This document shows, in pieces, positions 10,501 to 19,824 of a stretch of DNA of 64,000 nt. The DNA is taken from IMG/VR virus record IMGVR_UViG_3300023238_000005, positions 1-64,000 of that record, one strand, 5' to 3'. The stretch comes from a virus. The translations under genes and the position numbers were made by a program. Each line of letters opens with the position of its first letter. Within the stretch, counting starts at the first letter, position 1. Under the pieces are notes generated by a model. That model made no database searches. It saw only the letters and a list, made by a program, of their open reading frames with translations, and was not told the DNA's origin.

Positions 10501-13500
10501 GGACGAATTGTTAATACATCTGGACGAGCCAAGTCACTAACAATGTGTGTCTGGTTTCTGTAGTAAACAAGACTTGTGTTAAACGGAACAATTTCTAGTA
10601 GACCGTTTGCACTAAACTGTGTATCACTTGTACTAAAGTTAAGTTTGTAAACAGCACCACTGTACATTGGAGTACTTTCTTCAACTGCAATAGTACCTGC
10701 AACTGTGACTGTTAGTACCTGTCCTGTTCCGTCAACTGTAGCAACTGTAACTGTACAATCGTTTGCTGTTGTTGCGCCACCTAGTTTATCGCCAGTGACA
10801 ACAAATGCATCGCCTATTGTGTAGTTGCTGCCGTCATTAGCTGCTGTAAATGTTGCAGTATAACCTGCATCAATTGTTTTGTATATATTAAAAATAAATC
10901 CACTTGCTGCTGCATTAGCTTTAGTAAATGAGTAATCTGTTGTTTCTACAAGTAACGGATATTCACCAATTATATGAGCAACAATTTCTGCGTTTGCAAC
11001 TTCGTAACGTGCAAATGCTGGACGAGCTGGGTGATAAATGTTAACTTCTGATCTGTTCGACGGCGTATCTTTCATATCGTATACGTATACTGACAATCCT
11101 TCTACGGGATTGTCATAGCCGTTTGAGTCAACACTAACTGGGACACTATCTGCGCCGAGAGCGCCGCTTACGCTACCAGATATTTGGTTAGTTGTATCAA
11201 ATGCACCAGTCTGACTTGTTACATATATTACATTCGATCCACCTGTTTGACTTGTTGCAACTGCAACTACACCAGCTGCCGATGAACCTGCCTGTGTTAA
11301 TGTTTCACCTGCTGTAAGTGTTAAAAAGCCAGTTGTGAACAATATTGCATCAACATCAAACGCTTTAGCAGGTTGTGTCATATCTTGATACAATGCAACT
11401 GCATCTGGAATTTCGTTTGGATCAGAACCTTCTGCAACTAAACCAAATTCACCATAACAACTAGATCCTGTTAGTGATCTGATCTCAGCACCGTTCTTTG
11501 AATAGTAACTAGCATAGCAGTAGTATGTAAACATACTAACCATTTCACTTAAGGCGCCGTTTGCAGCAACTAAACCGTATCCTAAGTCGTTAACTTGTGT
11601 AAAGTCATTACCTAAGATACTTCTGTTACCAGCTGTTTGTAGTGTAAGTGGAATGGGAGTGCTAAAGTCGTCAAGATCAACGCCGGTTCCTAGTAAACTA
11701 GTTACACCGGTAAATCCTGTGCCGCCATTTGAGTTTGGCGACAATATAAGTTCTGCTGTACCTGCATTTTTATCGTATGCTGTTACTGCGTTAACTTGGA
11801 AACGTCTACCGTCTATGTAAAACGCACTTGGTGTTTCAGGACGTCTTACAAACAATCCTTGTGGTACTGCCACTGAACCTAAACTTTGAATTTTTAATCT
11901 AAATGCACTTCCGTCTACTTTTTCTATAACTTGTACTGCACTGTTACCAACAAACGCATCAACAAACAATCCGCCTCTAAATGCTTGCTTGTTAAGTGAC
12001 TGTGAGAAACTTGAACCAGTTTGTATATATGGGGACTTAGTTAGAACCTGTCCTTCAGGATCAAGTACACACATAAATCCGCCGTGTCCTTGCACAGTAA
12101 TATTACGACACATTGTTGCATCATTCATTAAGAACACATCCATATCAATGTTACTTAATGGTGGATTGTATTCTGCGTTAAATGCAAACTTTACAGTATC
12201 GATTAAGTTTTGTAATACTGTCGCTGGACCGTCAATTACTCTCCAGTACTCTGCAATTTCTGCTGCTCCAAATGTTGCATTACTTGTGTGTTCTTTAGTT
12301 GGAGTATAGTAAGTTGTAACACTTAAACCAGTTGTAAATTTAACTACAGTTCCAAGTCTAAATACTTTGGCAGCCGACCATGCTTGTGGCTCTCCTGATG
12401 CATTAAATAAGTCTTCAGCATATAATCTATTTGAAGCATCACCGCCTGCTTGGTTGTAAAGTGTAGTTGGAGAAAGCCCAAGTATTAGTCTTGCAGCCAT
12501 TGTGTAAATATGCTGTATACCTGCCACAGTTTCAGTTTCTGTTCCTGCTTCGACAGCGCCAGCATAATATGTACCTTGTACTTCTAGTGAAAACTCATTT
12601 CCGCCGTTACGTAAATCTTTTACAAGTCCGTCGACAATTAGTCCTACGTCTCTAAAGCATTTTGCTCTACTATAACTACCAACTAGTGCAGGATATGTAG
12701 TTTCAATATAGTTAACAACTTGCTCTTGAATAAATTCTTTGTTGTCAATAAGTGTAAGAGCATTAGTATTCCACTTGCCTACGTTTTCGTAACCAGAACC
12801 TGTGTTCTTTAATGAGTTTGGCTTTTCTAGATAATGATAACCAAAGTATCCATCTACTTGATTAGTAAGTGGATTTACATATTCAATACCGTTCGGAACA
12901 CTTGCAACTGTAAATGTAATTGCTGTTGCTCCGCCTGCACCTAGTTGTGCGTCGAGTATAGTAATACGTTCATTCTTTTGATACTGGTCGCCGCTGGTAA
13001 CAATAGCAATACTTGCAATAGCACCATCTGCGCCAATTACAACACTAAATGTTGCTCCGCTACCTAGCTTATCACTAGTTAACAAACTTACTGCGTATGT
13101 GCCAGGAGTTCTTGCTGCATTTAGTTGTGTATCAAACGCAATACTAGTAATATTCGATTTACCTAGTATAAGTCCATCAAATTCTGCATCACGATAGAAG
13201 AACGTGTTTGCCCAGCGCGACTGTGAAACACGTTTCTTAGGACGTATAATACAACGTCTAAATTCATCACCTTTAACACTTACGTTAGCAGGAATACGTA
13301 TTGGATAATCTTCTTCATAAATTCCAGATTCAACTCTAATTGAAATCTGTGTTTCACGTACAAAGTTACCGTACTCTAGTTCTTCGCCTGCAACAAATTC
13401 AACTGGCTCTAGTAGCTGTAATTCAATTTCGTCTGTTCCAGCAACACTAACTGCTCTAGCACCAGACTCGTGTTTGTAGTCAATAATTCTAGCAACTGCG

Positions 13501-15356
13501 CCAGAGTTTTTACCACGTACAACTTTACCTGGAATAATGTCTGTGTTTTCTGGATTCGCTTGGTTAATAAATCCAAGTCCGCCGTTGTTAATATTAATCT
13601 TATAAGTTGTAGTACCATCAACAATCTGCGGAGCATCTAATACACCGTCTGCAATAACAGCAAGTACGATATCCATCTTTGCGCCGATTACTTCATCAGC
13701 ACTTGAATCAGGCAGCGATAAATTAGTTACCTGAGGCACTCTAGTTTGATATGTTGTAGGTACTGCTGTGTTAGTTAAAATGTATTGTGTAACAATGCTT
13801 TTAGCATATGTAATGCCTGCAATAGTTTCTACACGCTGCGAGCCAATTGCTTTTTGCGCACTAACATTTGAATAGTAACGTATGCCTGCCCAGCGCGATA
13901 AGAAGTTAGCATTGTTGCCTAGTAGTGAATCTAAACTTACACTGTCTAGAATAAATCCAACATCACGTTGGCATATTTCTAAACTGTATGTTCCTGCAAA
14001 ATTAGGGAAAGTTGCATCAATATACCCTGTAACTTCTTTAGCAATAAATTCTTTGTTAGCAACAATAATTGCTCTTGCATTTGCACGATCAGCTATTGGA
14101 CTTGTAATGCCTACTGTGTTAGTTAATGCTTGTGTTGTGCCTGTTGCATAAGACATAGTCTGCATATACGGACCTGGCTCTGGCGGAGCAGCAATAATTA
14201 CTTCTTCTGCTTTACGTGCTGCTGCGTTAATTGTGCGATATGCATACGCTGGAGCTCTACCTTCTTTACCATCTGGTGTAAATGTTTGTAAGTCGTTACC
14301 TGCTGTACTTACATACAAGTTAACTGTACTTTGTGCTGCTGCATTGTCGACATAAAGTTTTGTTGCAGCTTGCAAGTCGTCTGGACCATTTGGCAAGCCA
14401 GTACCTGAAAGTTCGCCTGGATGATCAAACAAGTTAAGCGCACCTGTCATATCGTCGCCTTGACGTCTTACAATACTTTTACGTGGAATAGCAACGTTGT
14501 CCAACCAAAAGCCTTTTAGTGTTGCATCGTAAGCAGCATCAGTAATTGAGAATGTGCCAGTGCCGCCACTTAACAATATTCTAGCTGTGCTATTGACAGC
14601 GTCTAATTCTGTTGGGTGCAGAGAAATACTGTTAGTACTAGCAATATTAACATAATAAGTACTACCAGTAACAACTCCAAATGGATCTGCACCAGTTGAA
14701 CGGAAAATAAAGCCTGCGCCATTAAATGTTTCTGTTAGTCCGTGTGCAGTAACAGTTAAATTTCCTAAACTAATACCCGAAGCAGTAAGTACATAGCTGG
14801 TAGCATCTATAGGCTCATCACCTATGCGAATTCCGCCACCTGCAACTGCCTTTGCTTGATAGTTTCTATCAGCATAGGCTTTGTCAATAACAAGAGCACC
14901 AATTGTTAGGTTGGTTCCATGCACACTGTTAAAAGTGTCAATAGCTGCTTGTGTAACGGTTACGTTGGCAATTGGTTGTGTAGCAGCATCCATAGGACCG
15001 CCTAAAATAGGCTCAGGATCATTTGAAACTTTACTAACAAGCTGTTTAATAATTAATTTACCGTCGACTGTAAAGTCAAAACCAATCGTATCTGGTGTGC
15101 CGTCTAAACTGTTGTCTGAAGCAAATGCAAGTAAATTAATTCCGCTACCGTCTGACTTAACCAACGGAACTTTGTTTTCGTTACCTTCGTAGGTATTTGG
15201 AGTATCATTTAAGTCTGTAAAAGATATCTGTCCACCAATTCCAAATACTGCATACAGCTCTTGAAAGTTTTCGTTTACTTTACGAAATGACTCGCGAATA
15301 CTATCGCCTGTGCCGTCATTACCTTCAATACCTATGTCTATGCCTTGCTTTGCCAT
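7524..15356 (-). CDS. Very large tail fibre/baseplate protein (2610 aa) with a C-terminal peptidase-G2-like intramolecular chaperone
   Basis: N-terminus GNDGTGDSIRESFRKVNENF; AATKxYVD fibre motifs; C-terminus YADLAENY...GVVSTNPA...VALQGRVPC. Confidence 0.8.
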   Translation of the reverse strand: MAKQGIDIGIEGNDGTGDSIRESFRKVNENFQELYAVFGIGGQISFTDLNDTPNTYEGNENKVPLVKSDGSGINLLAFASDNSLDGTPDTIGFDFTVDGKLIIKQLVSKVSNDPEPILGGPMDAATQPIANVTVTQAAIDTFNSVHGTNLTIGALVIDKAYADRNYQAKAVAGGGIRIGDEPIDATSYVLTASGISLGNLTVTAHGLTETFNGAGFIFRSTGADPFGVVTGSTYYVNIASTNSISLHPTELDAVNSTARILLSGGTGTFSITDAAYDATLKGFWLDNVAIPRKSIVRRQGDDMTGALNLFDHPGELSGTGLPNGPDDLQAATKLYVDNAAAQSTVNLYVSTAGNDLQTFTPDGKEGRAPAYAYRTINAAARKAEEVIIAAPPEPGPYMQTMSYATGTTQALTNTVGITSPIADRANARAIIVANKEFIAKEVTGYIDATFPNFAGTYSLEICQRDVGFILDSVSLDSLLGNNANFLSRWAGIRYYSNVSAQKAIGSQRVETIAGITYAKSIVTQYILTNTAVPTTYQTRVPQVTNLSLPDSSADEVIGAKMDIVLAVIADGVLDAPQIVDGTTTYKININNGGLGFINQANPENTDIIPGKVVRGKNSGAVARIIDYKHESGARAVSVAGTDEIELQLLEPVEFVAGEELEYGNFVRETQISIRVESGIYEEDYPIRIPANVSVKGDEFRRCIIRPKKRVSQSRWANTFFYRDAEFDGLILGKSNITSIAFDTQLNAARTPGTYAVSLLTSDKLGSGATFSVVIGADGAIASIAIVTSGDQYQKNERITILDAQLGAGGATAITFTVASVPNGIEYVNPLTNQVDGYFGYHYLEKPNSLKNTGSGYENVGKWNTNALTLIDNKEFIQEQVVNYIETTYPALVGSYSRAKCFRDVGLIVDGLVKDLRNGGNEFSLEVQGTYYAGAVEAGTETETVAGIQHIYTMAARLILGLSPTTLYNQAGGDASNRLYAEDLFNASGEPQAWSAAKVFRLGTVVKFTTGLSVTTYYTPTKEHTSNATFGAAEIAEYWRVIDGPATVLQNLIDTVKFAFNAEYNPPLSNIDMDVFLMNDATMCRNITVQGHGGFMCVLDPEGQVLTKSPYIQTGSSFSQSLNKQAFRGGLFVDAFVGNSAVQVIEKVDGSAFRLKIQSLGSVAVPQGLFVRRPETPSAFYIDGRRFQVNAVTAYDKNAGTAELILSPNSNGGTGFTGVTSLLGTGVDLDDFSTPIPLTLQTAGNRSILGNDFTQVNDLGYGLVAANGALSEMVSMFTYYCYASYYSKNGAEIRSLTGSSCYGEFGLVAEGSDPNEIPDAVALYQDMTQPAKAFDVDAILFTTGFLTLTAGETLTQAGSSAAGVVAVATSQTGGSNVIYVTSQTGAFDTTNQISGSVSGALGADSVPVSVDSNGYDNPVEGLSVYVYDMKDTPSNRSEVNIYHPARPAFARYEVANAEIVAHIIGEYPLLVETTDYSFTKANAAASGFIFNIYKTIDAGYTATFTAANDGSNYTIGDAFVVTGDKLGGATTANDCTVTVATVDGTGQVLTVTVAGTIAVEESTPMYSGAVYKLNFSTSDTQFSANGLLEIVPFNTSLVYYRNQTHIVSDLARPDVLTIRPSTALTFDENPGFVYRSISFLTSDSLGTELPANTSQAGLDSTYDFIRLTVDPAKAQETPLSSTGTTKGNTAGDVVLAIKLADDNEIFRLNNNARTPANNRPAGSTADSLTIEAPIITWAGKKHYAFNYRGVDATNTVVEPSEDNVYAIVDLVDYDTINQTDATGLAATAVLGSELVTIRAGLKAGATAQVTVNISTCRATSHDFLDIGTGGFNSSNYPNVIFGEPGEKKEANEVREVGKGRVFYVSTDQNGIFRVGRFFSVDQGTGTVTFSASLALSDVDGLGFKRGVVITEFSTDTAMVDNASDTVPTESAVRGYVNRRLGYDVTGAPVSNKLGPGVLAPNGAVPMTDDLNAAGNTITNISAPVNLADAATKAYVDDGRGGNDEIKDLRSVEYNNIAANQILVSTGNKKLILSAGSIVGGALAIGDVITGSISGATGTVVDYVDGLVGIEGNICEVTYEVLTGVFSDGKPADGPAADVLTASGGKQGNVIDGPIDEWANGVANPASDILIDTVRVNAGLSTRYTQLNLQINPGSIVNSDVSGTANILQSKLNLEAATTRADATGISQSDLGSASFDSGKFTITDGWVTVKTGSANLADIESIATDTVLGRSADGTGAVTAISFATVVDEGLGLADGDFVTEILVADDPGEALIKTGAGTYGISNVSTTGEVNSIVKTDVNGKIQANSLILGGDASYEVLSLDTLTLQVKTPAQGTIFTAGGGSAGTGTLGNPGYVAPTFPDMLVKGSVGIGGTAISESILQSVSTFTGEKTLGVDWMYSSFIEAPGEKGAASTAIAIGANTGKTTVGQVGIITANAASSSSVAPAIFSSIGMIPDTDNTYDIGSATKKYKDVYATTFRGTATESYYADLAENYLADAEYAPGTVIEFGGEAEVTQSTTHGTHRVAGVVSTNPAHLMNSHCEGANVVAVALQGRVPCNVIGKVAKGDMLVASNVPGYAIVNNTPAVGSVIGKALGTKLDGERGTVEVVVGKH

Positions 15357-15372
15357 TTATATTACTCCGTTA

Positions 15373-15744
15373 TTATATTGCTGTTGCTAGCGAATTGTCT
15401 AAGTTTTCTACATCAAAGTTAATGCTTACGCCGCATCCACATGCTGATTGTGCGTTTGGATTGTTAACTTGAAAAGTTGCACCCATTATATCTTTAACAT
15501 AATCTATTTCTGTACCTGCCATGTACATTACTGCTATTGCACCAACTACAAATTTACCTGTATCTGAGTCAATAACTATATCATTCTCTTCTAGATCAGC
15601 TTCTGTTGCTACAATTGTCCAATCGTATTCAAATCCAGCGCAGCCGCCACCTTTTAAATTGAGACTGACTGCATAACTGTCATTTTCTTGACATATACTA
15701 TCAATTTGTGCTTTTGCTGTGTCCGTTAGTGTAACTATACTCAT
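15373..15744 (-). CDS. iscA: A-type Fe-S cluster carrier (IscA/SufA/HesB family)
   Basis: GGGCAGFEY and NPNAQSACGCGVS motifs. Confidence 0.92.
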   Translation of the reverse strand: MSIVTLTDTAKAQIDSICQENDSYAVSLNLKGGGCAGFEYDWTIVATEADLEENDIVIDSDTGKFVVGAIAVMYMAGTEIDYVKDIMGATFQVNNPNAQSACGCGVSINFDVENLDNSLATAI

Positions 15745-15765
15745 GAATGATCCTTCTTATGATAG

Positions 15766-15773
15766 TATTTATC
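15766..15773 (-). promoter_or_regulatory. Late-promoter variant GATAAATA heading the iscA-tail gene run
   Basis: The same octamer recurs intergenically at 4745, 54351, 55375 and 59208 (-) and at 19887 (+). Confidence 0.55.
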
Positions 15774-15807
15774 GTTGCGTTTTATAATCTTAATGTTAAA
15801 TATACTT

Positions 15808-16095
15808 ATGTACATAAGAGAATTTAAAAAGCAGACCCGGCATGTGCGTAAAAGCAAAATGGGCAAGGAACATGCCTATAAGCGTGAAGTTACGCATTGT
15901 GTATTTAGGTGTGATAATTGCGATGCAGAGTTTGAGCGCACAAGAGGTAGCATGGATCCAAAGCGTCTAAGTAATAACTACTTTCACGTATGTAAGAACT
16001 GTGATGCAAAAGTTTTTGCCCAAAAGAAAGGCGTAGAGCGCAAACAAGTTTGGAACATGAGTGCTAGTAGCTCTACGCCTATTGGTAAGTTATAG
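15808..16095 (+). CDS. Hypothetical zinc-ribbon protein
   Basis: CDNC and CKNC cysteine pairs; ATG at 15808. Confidence 0.65.
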   Translation: MYIREFKKQTRHVRKSKMGKEHAYKREVTHCVFRCDNCDAEFERTRGSMDPKRLSNNYFHVCKNCDAKVFAQKKGVERKQVWNMSASSSTPIGKL

Positions 16096-16096
16096 A

Positions 16097-16168
16097 TTAT
16101 CTAGTCTTAAAATACATAGTAATCTCAAACCCTAGTCGCATATCTTGATACGTTGGTTTAGTCCACAT
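16097..16168 (-). CDS. pqqA: PQQ precursor peptide PqqA (23 aa)
   Basis: Hand translation [23 protein letters not shown] matches the PqqA pattern (W-x-K-P, R-x-G-F-E-x-T-M-Y with the ExxxY core); SD AAGGAG upstream; not in the ORF track. Confidence 0.92.
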   Translation of the reverse strand: MWTKPTYQDMRLGFEITMYFKTR

Positions 16169-16178
16169 AATAATCTCC

Positions 16179-16310
16179 TTATAGTTTTTTATAGTCGCCG
16201 ATGCGCTTAACTTCGTTAAATGCCTCGTGTCCTTCAAAATACATCTGTACCATTACATATATTGCTATATTAACAAATATAAGAATTCCATATATTAAAT
16301 AGCCAATCAT
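16179..16310 (-). CDS. 43-aa single-pass membrane peptide
   Basis: [43 protein letters not shown]; ATGA overlap with the upstream stop; its own stop overlaps the pqqA SD. Confidence 0.65.
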   Translation of the reverse strand: MIGYLIYGILIFVNIAIYVMVQMYFEGHEAFNEVKRIGDYKKL

Positions 16311-17536
16311 AAGTTTTTCCAAGTAAATGCGCCAAAGAACATTTCATCTTCTGACATTTGTCCCCATGGCACTAGTCTGCTTGGGTCTGGATTCATTTTA
16401 TTCTCTTCTGAGTTATCAAAAGCCCCTTCTACAAAAAGGCGTGTTCCTTTAGGTAAAGGCTTAGGCTCTTTCCAGGTATATGATAGCTGCCAAGCGTAGT
16501 TGTATACAGGAATATCGATTAGCTCCTCTACAGTACCATCTGGGTAGAATGCAGTTGCTTTCATGCTTTTACCACGGAAATGCATGTGGGGTAAGAATGT
16601 ATGCAAGTTAACATCGTTCTTTAATACTACTTCTGCTGTCTGAATAAAGTTAGGGTCATACGGCGGGATCGGTGTCCACGTATCAGGAAATATACAAGCG
16701 CAATCTCCTGCCATTCTTTCTTGTGGTACTACACCTTCGTCGTGAAAGTATAGGCCAATTCTTGCTTTATCTGTTCTAGCAGTGCCGTCTGGTGTGTAGT
16801 GTAGTTGCAAGTTTACAATTGATCCTGCACGTATTAACCCACCAGTGTTCTCGTCATAAAATTCAGGATCACCACCTGGAACATATGCAGAGATAGAAGC
16901 ATTGTTCATTTCTTCTTGACCACCACCTTGTGTACCTAAGATGTTACCGTTGCGCTCGCCAGGTACTGTAATTGAGTTTAGCATGTGATGCATTACAGTT
17001 GGCTCTGAAGGCAAAAACTGTGACCCACGTAACCAACGATCCTCAGTTAATCCTAGGTCTGCTTGCGTGTATCTGTAAGGTATTGCATTAGGTCCCATAG
17101 ATCCTATTGCTGGTATTTCTTGTGGGGGAACTTCGATAATCATATCAGGTTCACCGTGTACCCATTCTGAAGTTGAGTACGTAGTTTCTGTTAGAGGATC
17201 TCTATCACCTTCTACAGGAGTGCCTGCGTCAATCCAAGCTACAAGAGTTTCCATCTCTAAATCATTTAGCGTTCTGTGATTTATGATATCCTTTGCATAC
17301 TTGCGATCGATCTGTCCTGGTGGCATACGTTTTGATACAATAGCTTCTTTAATTGCAGGAGCAAATGCTTGTAGCATTCTATAGTCAGTCATTGCCCATG
17401 GCGCAATGCCACTTTCTCTATGACAAGCTTGACATTGTTCTACAAATATAGGTGCTACATTTTCAGCGTAGTCGATATCTACAGCTAGTCCTGCCGCTGG
17501 TAATAAACTACTTACTAGCCATATTAACTTTTTCAT
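16307..17536 (-). CDS. Exported cytochrome c plus copper type II (PHM/DBH-like) monooxygenase, paralogue B
   Basis: Signal-peptide-like N-terminus, CQACH heme motif, candidate Cu ligands MHHM...LHY and PHMH...DEM. Confidence 0.85.
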   Translation of the reverse strand: MKKLIWLVSSLLPAAGLAVDIDYAENVAPIFVEQCQACHRESGIAPWAMTDYRMLQAFAPAIKEAIVSKRMPPGQIDRKYAKDIINHRTLNDLEMETLVAWIDAGTPVEGDRDPLTETTYSTSEWVHGEPDMIIEVPPQEIPAIGSMGPNAIPYRYTQADLGLTEDRWLRGSQFLPSEPTVMHHMLNSITVPGERNGNILGTQGGGQEEMNNASISAYVPGGDPEFYDENTGGLIRAGSIVNLQLHYTPDGTARTDKARIGLYFHDEGVVPQERMAGDCACIFPDTWTPIPPYDPNFIQTAEVVLKNDVNLHTFLPHMHFRGKSMKATAFYPDGTVEELIDIPVYNYAWQLSYTWKEPKPLPKGTRLFVEGAFDNSEENKMNPDPSRLVPWGQMSEDEMFFGAFTWKNL

Positions 17537-18791
17537 TCCTTTCCTCTTTTAGTTTATTGTATCCTTCCTCGTCTAAGTGTGTAATAGCAAGCCAAGCGTG
17601 AGTCATTTCGTCACCTGTTCTTGAACCTCCCATTACCCACATATCAGCATCTGGATTATTTGGATTGTTTTCTGTATTATCATACCATTGCTTTAGCACA
17701 ATAACTGCGCCTGCTGGTATAAGCGGTGCTACGTCTGAATTGTACAAATGACTGTGATGCCATGTTGCACTCCAATTTGATACTTGGCTAATCTGTTCTG
17801 TTTGTCCTGTCTCAGGATAGAATATTTCCAAACTTGCTGCGTTCATACGCAAGTGTCCATGTGGTTGAAAACTATCTAGTCTAACTGGATGATCAAAACT
17901 GTGGAAGCCTTGTGTCATGTAATAGCCGTTGGGTGGGATAGTAATATCGTCCTGGTCTCCTAGGCGATATAAACTCAAGTCTTGTTTGTATTTCAATTCT
18001 TGGCTTTCCTCTTCGGTGTATAACCAAAGCCCAATCTCTACCACGTTGTCTCGAATAACTGATCCTGGTGCCATTGCTCCAAGTCCACCGGGGAACATAT
18101 GAATGTCCCATGCTACTTCTGCGTTTGCTGGTATAGTACGACATACTCCTTGTGGTACTATTTCTCCCCACTTTCCCATAGCATACTCAGTCAGCATACC
18201 TTGCCTGCCTCCCTCAGTTATAATACTTGAGTTGGCATGATGTACTACTGATTTTGCATCGCCACGTGGTTTAACTTGTACTGCTTTAATGCAACGGTCT
18301 TCACTTAGTCCTGTTGGAACATTGTGCTTGTGCCACAAGTCGTTACCGCTTGCTGGAATGTCAATTGCAACACTGGCAATGATTGCGTCCGGTGCGCCAA
18401 AGTCTTCTTCAAAACTCCATGCTTCTGGATCACGCAAATTTACTGGCTGTACTACCTTGTCTGGGTCGCCATAACTTGCTCCGGTATCTACCCACTCAAC
18501 TACTGTGTCTATGTCTTTTTGTGATAAGCGCCAATCACCTTGTAGGTCTTGAATTCCAATACCGTGGTCATACGCATATGGCGGCATCTCTCTTTTCATT
18601 ACTTTAAGTGATATTAATGGTGCCCAAGGGCGTACTTGCTCGTATGTTTCAAAGCTCATTGGCCCGATGCCACCAGCGCGATGACACACTACACAATTAT
18701 CGTTGATGATAGCTGCTACTTCGTTAGTGTATGTTTGTGCTGATAGGACAAGTGGGAATAAAGCCGCTAATGCTGCTGTAATATATTTCAT
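17508..18791 (-). CDS. Exported cytochrome c plus copper type II (PHM/DBH-like) monooxygenase, paralogue A
   Basis: Signal-peptide-like N-terminus, CVVCH heme motif, VHHA...IHM and PHGH...DEM. Confidence 0.85.
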   Translation of the reverse strand: MKYITAALAALFPLVLSAQTYTNEVAAIINDNCVVCHRAGGIGPMSFETYEQVRPWAPLISLKVMKREMPPYAYDHGIGIQDLQGDWRLSQKDIDTVVEWVDTGASYGDPDKVVQPVNLRDPEAWSFEEDFGAPDAIIASVAIDIPASGNDLWHKHNVPTGLSEDRCIKAVQVKPRGDAKSVVHHANSSIITEGGRQGMLTEYAMGKWGEIVPQGVCRTIPANAEVAWDIHMFPGGLGAMAPGSVIRDNVVEIGLWLYTEEESQELKYKQDLSLYRLGDQDDITIPPNGYYMTQGFHSFDHPVRLDSFQPHGHLRMNAASLEIFYPETGQTEQISQVSNWSATWHHSHLYNSDVAPLIPAGAVIVLKQWYDNTENNPNNPDADMWVMGGSRTGDEMTHAWLAITHLDEEGYNKLKEERNEKVNMASK

Positions 18792-18882
18792 ATATAATTC
18801 TCCTGGAACTATTAGTATTTAAACACATTACAGCAGATAAGCAACCGTTTTTAGGTGATTGTTACAATTTGTTGCATCTTGA

Positions 18883-19047
18883 TTATTCTGACTTATATAT
18901 TGTCCAAGCACCATATGCAATAGCACCGTATGCTACTAAAGCTGCTATAGGTTTAAATATTAGAAATGCAATTCCTGCAAGTACTAATACTGCACCGTCT
19001 AGTGTAGTTCTTTCTTCTAATCTTTTCTTTATCCATGTTTTAACCAT
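18883..19047 (-). CDS. Small two-TM membrane protein (54 aa)
   Basis: Hand translation MVKTWIKKRLEERTTLDGAVLVLAGIAFLIFKPIAALVAYGAIAYGAWTIYKSE; SD AAGGAG. Confidence 0.7.
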   Translation of the reverse strand: MVKTWIKKRLEERTTLDGAVLVLAGIAFLIFKPIAALVAYGAIAYGAWTIYKSE

Positions 19048-19105
19048 TTCTAGTCTCCTTTGTGTAAATATTTAGTAAATATATGTTCCTTAAGGAGGAA
19101 AACTT

Positions 19106-19489
19106 ATGTTTAAATGGCTAGCAACAATGTTTGCACCTAGTGTAAATCGAGCAGAAAAAGAAGCAACGCAAAAATTGTCTGATATTGCACCTGAAAAAAT
19201 GACAATTAAAAAGAAAGATCTTGCCATTCCGGCGGGTAAAGTAGAAGCAACACAGAAGCTGTCAGATATTGAAAAAACAATTACGAAAAATGGTGTAGGA
19301 TTTGCACCTAAGATCGAACCTGTGATTACCGAAGTTAAAGCTGTAAAAGTTACTAAAGCAAGTTTATCTAAACTTACAAAAGTAAAGTTAGAAGAATTTG
19401 CACTAGCAACTTATGGCGTTGACATTGACAGACGCAAGAAGAAAGAAGATTTAGTTAAAGAAGTGCTTAAACTTTCTAAGAAGGTCTAA
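19106..19489 (+). CDS. Hypothetical Lys-rich protein with a possible C-terminal HeH/Rho-N-like motif
   Basis: SD AAGGAGG; LSKLTKVKLEEFA...GVDIDRRKKKEDLV; EATQKLSDI occurs twice. Confidence 0.6.
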   Translation: MFKWLATMFAPSVNRAEKEATQKLSDIAPEKMTIKKKDLAIPAGKVEATQKLSDIEKTITKNGVGFAPKIEPVITEVKAVKVTKASLSKLTKVKLEEFALATYGVDIDRRKKKEDLVKEVLKLSKKV

Positions 19490-19763
19490 CCATTCCTTTT
19501 AGCTGCTCAATTGCAGTTTCACAGCGAGTTAGCTTACGTTCTAGGACGGTTATAGCTGCTCGCTGTTTTCTTGACTGCTCTTCCAAACTTTGCACATAAC
19601 GCTGTGTGGGAATCTGCTGCTCCAAGCCGTTCTCAGCAATCATAGTAAAGTGATCGCCGCCTTGTGCTTTTAATCCACCACTAACACGATTTGGATTCTT
19701 ATCCGAACTCGAGCTCTCTGCTGCTGGCTTGTTGCGTCTGTACATTTTCGCTAGGTAATTCAT
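19476..19763 (-). CDS. Hypothetical coiled-coil protein
   Basis: ORF with SD and upstream promoter motifs. Confidence 0.6.
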   Translation of the reverse strand: MNYLAKMYRRNKPAAESSSSDKNPNRVSGGLKAQGGDHFTMIAENGLEQQIPTQRYVQSLEEQSRKQRAAITVLERKLTRCETAIEQLKGMVRPS

Positions 19764-19824
19764 ATCCGTTTCCTTATTTGAGAAGAAAGTCTTCTTCTCT
19801 TATAATATTTATACAATAAGTTTA

